DNA from: Guillardia theta CCMP2712
Lineage: Eukaryota > Protista > Cryptophyta
Length of the DNA stretch: 64,000 nt
NCBI RefSeq assembly: GCF_000315625.1
Contig: NW_005434628.1
Location: forward strand, 371,846-435,845
Direction of reading: 5' to 3'
Shown: one piece after another, positions 1 through 13,110 of the stretch
How positions within the stretch are numbered: the stretch's first letter is position 1
Layout of the letters: each line of letters begins with the position of its first letter
The notes under the pieces: model-generated
Seen by the model: only the letters and a program-made list of their open reading frames with translations
Told to the model about the DNA's origin: nothing
Databases searched by the model: none
Translations under genes and position numbers: made by a program

Positions 1-4513
<4,513 letters not shown>

Positions 4514-5221
4514 GTGAGAAAAGAAGGTTCAGATGTGTTGGAGATGATGGTGTTTCAATGTGTTTCTCATGTTCGAGTCACTAACATCTCACTCCTTTTC
4601 GTTTTCGTCTCACGTTCTCCCCACGTATCCTGTAGAATACTTCTTTGCTGTCCTTTCCCTTTTCGCATCGCGAGATTGCCTCTGCCTTGTCCCTCCCTCT
4701 CATCAAAGTCTTGCTGGTATCGTTCCATCTCATGTCTTCAACTGTTTTCCAACACAAACTGCTCTCGCTGTCATGATCCTTCCATGTCTCTGTCCTTCGC
4801 TCCACTCTCCTCCTCCCTCCCTTCGCTCGTCCCTAGATTCCACCATTGAGTCTCACCAGCCCCCTACCTCACTACCTACCCCTTTTACCCCCTACCCACC
4901 ACCTAAAACGACAACAAATGATATGAAAGGAGGGGTACTTACATATAAGGTGTGTGGGTTGTGGGGTCGACTCTGCTACCAAACATACAATCCCTGAGAC
5001 CACCCTCATTCTCTTCACCCTACCCAGGTCTCTCCCTACCCCTTCATGGTGCAAAACAACGGGTAGTCAGACGAGCTATACGTGACTAACCCCCCGTATT
5101 TACTGTTGAAATCAGGGTATCAAGTGTGTTTTCGACACTGCCGTGGGCAGAAATGATTTGGTACCCACCTCGCAATTGACAGTACCCCCTTTTGATTTGA
5201 TTGCCTCCACTACGCCTCATG

Positions 5222-5619
5222 CTAGTACGCCTGCTCGCTGGGACGGAGGCCCGGGGCTACTGACTCGGTCACTGACTCCCGATCGGGGGCCCCAAGCCGG
5301 CCCGGGCCGATGCTAGTATGATGATCACCGTGGCACCGTGCCGTGACTGATTCCCACCGACTGAGCCCGGGCCCGGCGGCCATCTTAGGTGCGGCCCAGC
5401 GCCGCGGCTTCACCGGGGCAGTGGGCCAGTGCCGCGGCCCCCGGGATTGTGGGCCTGTACCGCCGGGCGGTCGGCGAGGCCCGCATGCTTCGCCTCCGGC
5501 CCCCGGGCCGGGGCGTCCGATCCGTGAGTCGGAGCCTTTTAACTTGTGACTCCGAGTCCGAGATCGAGTCTGCTAAAACCGGAAACAAATATCTAAACAC
5601 GGGGAACTGAGCTCACTCA

Positions 5620-5620
<1 letters not shown>
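5222..5620. promoter_or_regulatory. GC-rich CCGG/GAGTC-word intergenic island
   Basis: Dense ccgg, ggcc and tgagtc/gactc words; lies between divergently oriented betA and the repeat array. Regulatory role is inference. Confidence 0.4.
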
Positions 5621-5651
<31 letters not shown>

Positions 5652-5940
5652 GGAGGACTCCTGTATTTCCCCCACTGCCCTATGCCTCCCATCATACCAA
5701 AGTTTACTCAAAGTCACTTGGGTCGTCATGACCACAGCTATCCATCAATAATAGTTTTACAAATGCCCAATCGTCGCGTTCTAGCCTCCTTCGGCCTCCC
5801 TTCCCGAAAAGCAGCTTGATGACTCCCCTTCGCAAGAAGCTTCTAAACCCCCTCTATCTCCCTGTAAGCCCTTACCAGACCCCCGCATCGCTCCTCTACT
5901 TCATCCCTCCCCTTCCCTCCTCTCCTCCCCTACCGCAGCC

Positions 5941-6309
5941 ATGCCCCACGCCTCGCCCTCGCCCCCGACCTTCTCCATCGCCCTCGTCAGCCTCTCCCTC
6001 TCTCGCGCCTCCTCCCCCGCTGCTGCCCGCCCTCCCCGCGCCTTCAAGCTCTCCTCGTCCCAGCAAGCCTACGTCGACGCCCACAGCCCGCCGTCGGAGC
6101 CGAGACCGGAGCAGGACGAGCTGCAGGAGCTGCAGCAAGACAAGGGCCCGAGCAAGCGAGTCAGCGTCAGCTCGGCTGGGCGGGAGCTGCTCCAGGGCGT
6201 CCTCGAGGCGAGGAAGGCCCGGGCTACAGCGCGCACGTCGAAAAGGGGTAGGAGCTGGAGGGAGGAGATGGCGAGGGCAGAGCCGCTGGAGGATCTGCCT
6301 AGTGCGTGA
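5941..6309 (+). CDS. Unknown intronless small protein, SQQAYVDAH family, copy 1 (122 aa)
   Basis: ATG-started ORF; this frame is conserved in the diverged paralogs at 55563-55880 and 57128-57484. Confidence 0.7.
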   Translation: MPHASPSPPTFSIALVSLSLSRASSPAAARPPRAFKLSSSQQAYVDAHSPPSEPRPEQDELQELQQDKGPSKRVSVSSAGRELLQGVLEARKARATARTSKRGRSWREEMARAEPLEDLPSA

Positions 6310-6494
6310 TCATAGGAGTCGAGTTGTAGAGCAGCATTCTTGTACGGGACCTGTAGAGTAAATACCTTCGTGATGCTACCCATGACTTCCATACTATCAA
6401 AAGTTTCATGGCGAGACTGACGGAGGCGAGTGTATGATTACCTACATGCTGCATGAGCTGACAGAGAAGGTCAGGCGTTGATTATCTGATCATT

Positions 6495-6765
6495 CTTTAT
6501 GCTACAGCTATTTGCCCCCGGCCTTCTCAATCGTCCTCGTCAGACTCTTGCTTTCTCGGCTCCCCACGCCGTTTGGCTCTCAGAGACTCCCCATCCCAGC
6601 AAGCCTACGTCAACACCCGCCGACCTCCTTCAGAGCCTCTGCCCAAGGGGGAGGAGGTAAGGAAAGAGCAGGGGAGTCAGGGTCAGGTCTACTGGGATGG
6701 ATTCGTTGATTGCCGAGGAACGATTGTTCGGATTCGGAATCCTCCCACGCACAAGCAACGGCTTC
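6495..6765 (+). pseudogene. Degenerate partial copy of the SQQAYVDAH-family gene
   Basis: Retains ccttctcaatcgtcctcgtcag and cccagcaagcctacgtcaac (AFSIVLV and SQQAYVNT) but in different frames. Confidence 0.55.
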
Positions 6766-7356
6766 ACTAGCCTGACAACTGATGTCGGGCCGCCAGACAC
6801 TCCAGGCTCAGTGGACGGAGAAACTGACCCTGGTAGCTCATGCTGCAAGAAAGCAGGGACGTGCTTGTGTCCAAGTCAGGTCGGACAGCCCTCAAAACCG
6901 AGGAAATGACCACAGAACAAAGAGGAATAACGATCATGCGAAGAAAGATCTTGGCACCCTCCCCTCCCCCGACCTACCACCCCCCCCACCCCATTGCGTT
7001 TTCCCGGGCTCAAACCTTAGCCAGTCCGTAGTAGCCAAGAGTTCTGGTTTGAGAGCTGTCGATGGTCAGCCAGGAGGACTCAGAAAGGTTATGAATCACT
7101 TACACCGAACCAGGACATCCCCAAGTAGCGTGACGTTATGGGAGATGCCTCACAGCCATGACTAGACTGAGGAAAAAACGATCTACACTCCCCACATTCT
7201 ACACCGGGATATCAAATGTCGCAGCCCCTACCCCCCCCAGCCCCTCTGTAAAAAGCTTCTAAACCCCCTCTATCTCCCTGTAAGCCCTTACCAGACCCCC
7301 GCATCGCTCCTCTACTTCATCCCTCCCCTTCCCTCCTCTCCTCCCCTACCGCAGCC

Positions 7357-7722
7357 ATGCCCCACGCCTCGCCCTCGCCCCCGACCTTCTCCATCGCCCT
7401 CGTCAGCCTCTCCCTCTCTCGCGCCTCCTCCCCCGCTGCTGCCCGCCCTCCCCGCGCCTTCAAGCTCTCCCCGTCCCAGCAATCCTACGTCGACGCCCAC
7501 ACCCCACCGTCAGAGCAAACGCCCAGGAAGCAAGACGAGCTCCAGCAAGACAAGGGACCGAGCAAGCGAGTCAGCGTCAGCTCGGCTGGGCGGGAGCTGC
7601 TCCAGGGCGTCCTCGAGGCGAGGAAGGCCCGGGCTACAGCGCGCACGTCGAAAAGGGGTAGGAGCTGGAGGGAGGAGATGGCGAGGGCAGAGCCGCTGGA
7701 GGATCTGCCTAGCGAGATGTAA
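7357..7722 (+). CDS. Unknown small protein, SQQAYVDAH family, copy 2 (121 aa)
   Basis: Near-identical to 5941-6309; indels between copies keep the frame. Confidence 0.7.
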   Translation: MPHASPSPPTFSIALVSLSLSRASSPAAARPPRAFKLSPSQQSYVDAHTPPSEQTPRKQDELQQDKGPSKRVSVSSAGRELLQGVLEARKARATARTSKRGRSWREEMARAEPLEDLPSEM

Positions 7723-7819
7723 AGCAGCATTCTTGTACGGGACCTGTAGAGTAAATACCTTCGTGATGCTACCCAAAGTTTCATGGCGAGACTGACGGAG
7801 GCTGATCTGATCATGTCCT

Positions 7820-8085
7820 ATGCTACAGCTATTTTCCCCCGGCCTTCTCCATCGCCCTCGTCAGACTCTTCCTTTCTCGGCTCCCCACGCCGTTTGGCTT
7901 TCAGAGACTCCCCATCCCAGCAAGCCTACGTCAACACCCGCCGACCTCCTTTCAGAGCCTCTGCCCAAGGGGGAGGAGGTAAGGAAAGAGCAAGGGAGTC
8001 AGGGTCAGGTCTGCTGGGATGGATTCGTTGATTGCCGAGGAACGATTATTCGGATTCGGAATCCTCCCACGCACAAGCACCGGCT
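7820..8085 (+). pseudogene. Degenerate partial copy of the SQQAYVDAH-family gene
   Basis: Duplicate of the 6495-6765 segment. Confidence 0.5.
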
Positions 8086-8543
8086 TCAGGGAGGCTTCGT
8101 GGAGTCGCTGGAGGACGTGACGGAGATGGCGAGGGCAGAGCGGTGGGCGTAGGAGAGGAGGTAGCAGAGGAGTGTACAGTAGAGACCCCTTTCAGTCTTG
8201 GGGAGCGTGTAGAATAAAGCCAAGGCTGACGCAGCCGTCTTGTTGCTGACCGGGAGTCGATGTTGGGGTCTCGGCACCTCTCATGCCTCATACCTGCAGC
8301 TCCTCTGAGGGGTCAAGACCTGCCAGAGCGATACCGAGGCTGGCCAGAGGTACGTCGCCAGGCGTGCGATGCTGTCCCGCCTGTCAAGTCCAGACTCCTT
8401 GAAGCTCACGGACACAGAGATAGGAGGGAGGGAGATTGGGAGGGAGGTGCAGGTGTGGAAGCGAGATCGCTATGCCTAGCCGTCGGGTCGAGGCTGCCTG
8501 CATGGTTTTATTCTCAGCAGACAATCTCATCACCTCCATATCT

Positions 8544-9125
8544 CTACTGCTCGCTCGCTTCCCCCCTGCCTCGCTCTCTCGCTCCCGGTCTCTCCTCGCC
8601 CGCAGCCCTCCAGTCCTGTCCTCTCCTCGCCAGCTGCTGGAAGTACTTCTGCGCATGCGAGCGGACCTGGGCCTCGTCGCGTGTGCCTATGGCTTGGGCG
8701 ATCTTCCTCGCTGCTCCTCGTCCCAGCCCGACTCGCAGCCTCCCCCCGCTGTCCCTCACGCCCGTCTTGCCGCGACGTCGGGTGGACACGTGAGCATGGA
8801 GGGCGGTGAGGAAGCGGTCATGCTCCTCCGAGGTCCACATGCGGCGAGGGACGGGGCGGTCGTCGCTGCTGCCGCCATCAGACCTGGAGGGAGAGGAGCT
8901 CGATGATGTTGGGGCGGTCGGGTAGCAGCAGTCGAAGAGGGAGGATAGGGGCTGGCCAGTCAGAGTGGCTTTGTGTGCTGCAGAGAAAGATGAAGCGGGA
9001 GAGTAGGGGGAGGAGTCTGGGGAGGGGGAGGGGGAGGGGGGAGGGGAGGGGGAGGGGATCAGATAGGAGGGATGGACATCGTGGGGATAGAGGGCAGCAA
9101 CGGAAGCATCCACCGACATCGTCAT
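8544..9125 (-). CDS. SHAQKYF-class Myb transcription factor, copy 1
   Basis: WTSEEHDRFLTAL...IAQAIGTRDEAQVRSHAQKYF; in-frame ATG at 9125 (MTMSVDASV). The C-terminus could be extended by splicing. Confidence 0.85.
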   Translation of the reverse strand: MTMSVDASVAALYPHDVHPSYLIPSPSPPPSPSPSPDSSPYSPASSFSAAHKATLTGQPLSSLFDCCYPTAPTSSSSSPSRSDGGSSDDRPVPRRMWTSEEHDRFLTALHAHVSTRRRGKTGVRDSGGRLRVGLGRGAARKIAQAIGTRDEAQVRSHAQKYFQQLARRGQDWRAAGEERPGARERGRGEASEQ

Positions 9126-9530
9126 CGCACAACGGACGGACAAGGAGGATGGAAGTGGACTTGAGGAAAGGAGACTAGAACTTTGCAGGAGCAGGGCATG
9201 TCTCAATAGACAACGATTGGAGAGAGACGACGTGTGGCTAGCAAAAGGCAACGCATGAACGTCGCAACCCTTGGAGGAGCTGCGGTTTGAGGGATAAGTA
9301 GCGTGATATTCTGGGGATAACGATTTCGGTATCGTGACGAAACAAGGGGAGGAAGCTCAATCGTTGCGTTCTAGCCTCCTTCGGACTCCCTTCCCGAAAA
9401 GCAGCTTGATGACTCCCCTTCGCAAGAAGCTTCTAAACCCCCTCTATCTCCCTGTAAGCCCTCACCAGACCCCCGCATCGCTCCTCTACTTCATCCCTCC
9501 CCCTCCCTCCTCTCCTCCCCTACCGCAGCC

Positions 9531-9917
9531 ATGCCCCACGCTCCCCCCCCGCCCCCGACCTTCTCCATCGCCCTCGTCAGCCTCTCCCTCTCTCGCGGCT
9601 CCTCCCCCGCTGCTGCCCGCCCTCCCCGCGCCTTCAAGCTCTCCCCGTCCCAGCAAGCCTACGTCGACGCCCACAGCCCGCCGTCGGAGCAAACGCCCGA
9701 GCAGGACGAGCTGCAGGAGCTCCAGCAAGGCAAGGGCCCGAGTAAGCGAGTCAGCGTCAGCTCGGCTGGGCGGGAGCTGCTCCAGGGCGTCCTCGAGGCG
9801 AGGAAGGCCCGGGCTACAGCGCGCACGTCGTCGGGGAGGAGCTGGAGGGAGGAGGGAGGCTTCGTGGAGTCGCTGGAGGACGTGACGGAGATGGCGAGGG
9901 CAGAGCGGTGGGCGTAG
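9531..9917 (+). CDS. Unknown small protein, SQQAYVDAH family, copy 3 (128 aa)
   Basis: Same core as copies 1 and 2 with an alternative C-terminus (GGFVESLEDVTEMARAERWA). Confidence 0.7.
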   Translation: MPHAPPPPPTFSIALVSLSLSRGSSPAAARPPRAFKLSPSQQAYVDAHSPPSEQTPEQDELQELQQGKGPSKRVSVSSAGRELLQGVLEARKARATARTSSGRSWREEGGFVESLEDVTEMARAERWA

Positions 9918-10306
9918 GAGAGGAGGTAGCAGAGGAGTGTACAGTAGAGACCCCTTTCAGTCTTGGGGAGCGTGTAGAATAAAGCCAAGGCTGATGCAGC
10001 CGTCTTGTTGCTGACCGGGAGTCGATGTTGGGGTCTCGGCACCTCTCATGCCTCATACCTGCAGCTCCTCTGAGGGGTCAAGACCTGCCATGGCGATACA
10101 GACGCTGGCCAGAGGTACGTCGCCAGGCGTGCGATGCTGTCCCGCCTGTCAAGTCCAGACTCCTTGAAGCTCACGGACACAGAGATAGGAGGGAGGGAGA
10201 TTGGAAGCGAGATCGCTATGCCTAGCCGTCGGGTCGAGGCTGCCTGCATGGTTTTATTCTCAGCAGACAATCTCATCACCTCCACAATCTCATCACCTCC
10301 ATATCT

Positions 10307-10888
10307 CTACTGCTCGCTCGCTTCCCCCCTGCCTCGCTCTCTCGCTCCCGGTCTCTCCTCGCCCGCAGCCCTCCAGTCCTGTCCTCTCCTCGCCAGCTGC
10401 TGGAAGTACTTATGCGCATGCGAGCGGACCTGGGCCTCGTCGCGTGTGCCTATGGCTTGGGCGATCTTCCTCGCTGCTCCTCGTCCCAGCCCGACTCGCA
10501 GCCTCCCCCCGCTGTCCCTCACGCCCGTCTTGCCGCGACGTCGGGTGGACACGTGAGCATGGAGGGCGGTGAGGAAGCGATCATGCTCCTCCGAGGTCCA
10601 CATGCGGCGAGGGACGGGGCGGTCGTCGCTGCTGCCGCCATCAGACCTGGAGGGAGAGGAGCTCGATGATGTTGGGGCGGTCGGGTAGCAGCAGTCGAAG
10701 AGGGAGGATAGGGGCTGGCCAGTCAGAGTGGCTTTGTGTGCTGCAGAGAAAGATGAAGCGGGAGAGTAGGGGGAGGAGTCGGGGGAGGGGGAGGGGGAGG
10801 GGGGGGGGGAGGGGGAGGGGATCAGATAGGAGGGATGGACATCGTGGGGATAGAGGGCAGCAACGGAAGCATCCACCGACATCGTCAT
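10307..10888 (-). CDS. SHAQKYF-class Myb transcription factor, copy 2 (SHAHKYF variant)
   Basis: Near-identical to 8544-9125; Q>H change in the recognition helix; ATG at 10888. Confidence 0.85.
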   Translation of the reverse strand: MTMSVDASVAALYPHDVHPSYLIPSPSPPPSPSPSPDSSPYSPASSFSAAHKATLTGQPLSSLFDCCYPTAPTSSSSSPSRSDGGSSDDRPVPRRMWTSEEHDRFLTALHAHVSTRRRGKTGVRDSGGRLRVGLGRGAARKIAQAIGTRDEAQVRSHAHKYFQQLARRGQDWRAAGEERPGARERGRGEASEQ

Positions 10889-11112
10889 CGCACAACGGAC
10901 GGACAAGGAGGATGGAAGTGGACTTGAGGAAAGGAGACTAGAACTTTGCATACTAGCCTCCTTCGGACTCCCTTCCCGAAAAGCGGCTTGATGACTTCCC
11001 TTCGCAAGAAGCTTCTAAACCCCCTCTATCTCCCTGTAAGCCCTCACCAGACCCCCGCATCGCTCCTCTACTTCATCCCTCCCCCTCCCTCCTCTCCTCC
11101 CCTACCGCAGCA

Positions 11113-11505
11113 ATGCCCCACGCCCTCCCCCCGCCCCCGACCTTCTCCATCGCCCTCGTCAGCCTCTCCCTCTCTCGCGCCTCCTCCCCCGCTGCTGCCC
11201 GCCCTCCCCGCGCCTTCAAGCTCTCCCCGTCCCAGCAAGCCTACGTCGACGCCCACAGCCCGCCGTCGGAGCCCAGACCCGAGCAGAACGAGCTCCAGCA
11301 GGACGAGCTCCAGCAAGGCATTGGACCGAGCAAGCGAGTCAGCGTCAGCTCGGCTGGGCGGGAGCTGCTCCAGGGCGTCCTCGAGGCGAGGAAGGCCCGG
11401 GCTACAGCGCGCACGTCGTCGGGGAGGAGCTGGAGGGAGGAGGGAGGCTTCGTGGAGTCGCTGGAGGACGTGACGGAGATGGCGAGGGCAGAGCGGTGGG
11501 CGTAG
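11113..11505 (+). CDS. Unknown small protein, SQQAYVDAH family, copy 4 (130 aa)
   Basis: Near-identical to 9531-9917. Confidence 0.7.
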   Translation: MPHALPPPPTFSIALVSLSLSRASSPAAARPPRAFKLSPSQQAYVDAHSPPSEPRPEQNELQQDELQQGIGPSKRVSVSSAGRELLQGVLEARKARATARTSSGRSWREEGGFVESLEDVTEMARAERWA

Positions 11506-11890
11506 GAGAGGAGGTAGCAGAGGAGTGTACAGTAGAGACCCCTTTCAGTCTTGGGGAGCGTGTAGAATAAAGCCAAGGCTGACGCAGCCGTCTTGTTGCT
11601 GACCGGGAGTCGATGTTGGGGTCTCGGCACCTCTCATGCCTCATACCTGCAGCTCCTCTGAGGGGTCAAGACCTGCCAGAGCGATACCGAGGCTGGCCAG
11701 AGGTACGTCGCCAGGCGTGCGATGCTGTCCCGCCTGTCAAGTCCAGACTCCTTGAAGCTCACGGACACAGAGATAGGAGGGAGGGAGATTGGGAGGGAGG
11801 AGCAAGAGCGAGATCGCTATGCCTAGCCGTCGGGTCGAGGCTGCTCGCATGGTTTTATTCTCAGCAGACAATCTCATCACCTCCATCTCT

Positions 11891-12427
11891 CTACTGCTCG
11901 CTCGCTTCCCCCCTGCCTCGCTCTCTCGCTCCCGGTCTCTCCTCGCTCGCTTCCACTGCCGGTCTCTCCTCGCCCGCAGCCCTCCAGTCCTGTCCTCTCC
12001 TCGCCAGCTGCTGGAAGTACTTATGCGCATGCGAGCGGACCTGGGCCTCGTCGCGTGTGCCTATGGCTTGGGCGATCTTCCTCGCTGCTCCTCGTCCCAG
12101 CCCGACTCGCAGCCTCCCCCCGCTGTCCCTCACGCCCGTCTTGCCGCGACGTCGGGTGGACACGTGAGCATGGAGGGCGGTGAGGAAGCGGTCATGCTCC
12201 TCCGAGGTCCACATGCGGCGAGGGACGGGGCGGTCGTCGCTGCTGCCGCCATGAGACGTGCAGGGAGAGGAGCTCGATGATCTTGAGGTGGTCGGGTAGC
12301 AGCAGGCGAAGAGGGAGGATAGGGGCTGGCCAGTCAGAGTGGCTTTGTGTGCTGCAGAAAGCGAGGGAGCGGGAGAGTAGGGGGAGGAGGAGGGCGAGGT
12401 CGAGGGGGGCCTTTCCCCAAACAGCAA
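11891..12427 (-). CDS. SHAQKYF-class Myb, copy 3 (SHAHKYF; divergent 5' end, possibly a pseudogene)
   Basis: Myb domain intact; the nearest upstream ATG (12440) is out of frame with it. Confidence 0.6.
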   Translation of the reverse strand: MLFGERPPSTSPSSSPYSPAPSLSAAHKATLTGQPLSSLFACCYPTTSRSSSSSPCTSHGGSSDDRPVPRRMWTSEEHDRFLTALHAHVSTRRRGKTGVRDSGGRLRVGLGRGAARKIAQAIGTRDEAQVRSHAHKYFQQLARRGQDWRAAGEERPAVEASEERPGARERGRGEASEQ

Positions 12428-12599
12428 CGCGTCCAGGCATGAGATATTTGACTAGGAAACTGCAACGCTTCCGTAAGAAGATTCTCGACTCAGTGACTTG
12501 GAAAAGACAACGCATGAATGTCGCAACTTGGCAACCGTCGGGCCTTGGAGCCGGGGCAGTGGATAGATGATAGTATCCGAAGTTTGCCAAGTACACTCA

Positions 12600-13100
12600 A
12601 CAAGCCACGGTGGGCCGAGCGGCCCTCGCCAGGCCCTGAGGGCCTGGCCAGGCAGGCCCGGCCGGCAAACCGTTGGCAGTTCCCTCAGGCTCCCTGCTGC
12701 GATCCGATGATCACGTACACTGTTGAGGACCGTACCGTTCCGGCCAAGACTTGAGCCGCATATTACTAGTCCGAACATCACACATAGTCAAATTTTCAAA
12801 TTTTCATGAGTCCTGAGTAAGTTCGTGTGACACGCACGGTACTGGGCCGTGTGACTCGACTCCGGCAATAACGGTTCAAAACGCTCGCCGCGGCACTGAC
12901 AGAGAACCCGAGACAACTTGAACGAACTTCCGACGTCCGATCGCTCGGACTCCGAGCCTGCGCCGGGCGCGGCGGGCCCGCCGCCGGAGCATGCGGCAGT
13001 GCCCGGCCATCCCCGGCCGCGGACACCGTCACCGGGCCCGGCCGGGCTGTATACTATGTGATACATATCACGGTTCCGCTCGATTGCACCCCCGATCGCA
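12600..13100. promoter_or_regulatory. GC-rich CCGG-word intergenic island
   Basis: Same word bias as 5222-5620; lies between divergent Myb copy 3 and the CrtISO-like gene. Confidence 0.4.
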
Positions 13101-13110
13101 CACATAAAGG

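Larger units (their letters stand above)
5781..12430. repeat. Tandem segmental duplication array (four units beginning near 5781, 7252, 9371 and 10953)
   Basis: Recurring block ...aagcttctaaaccccctctatctccctgtaagccc... at each unit start; near-identical small ORF in every unit and Myb ORF in units 2-4. Confidence 0.95.

Noticed and set aside
5816-6361. Longer Pro-rich ORF overlapping the small gene (also 9334-9885 and 10946-11473) and antisense ORFs
   Set aside because: Only the MPH...SQQAYVDAH frame is conserved in the diverged copies at 55.5-57.5 kb.
8260-8906. Plus-strand ORFs over the Myb genes
   Set aside because: Antisense shadows of a GC-rich CDS with no recognisable motifs.
5781-12430. 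PIF/Harbinger transposon interpretation of the Myb array
   Set aside because: No DDE transposase, terminal inverted repeats or target-site duplications seen, and the Myb is SHAQKYF-class rather than the Harbinger Myb/SANT type.
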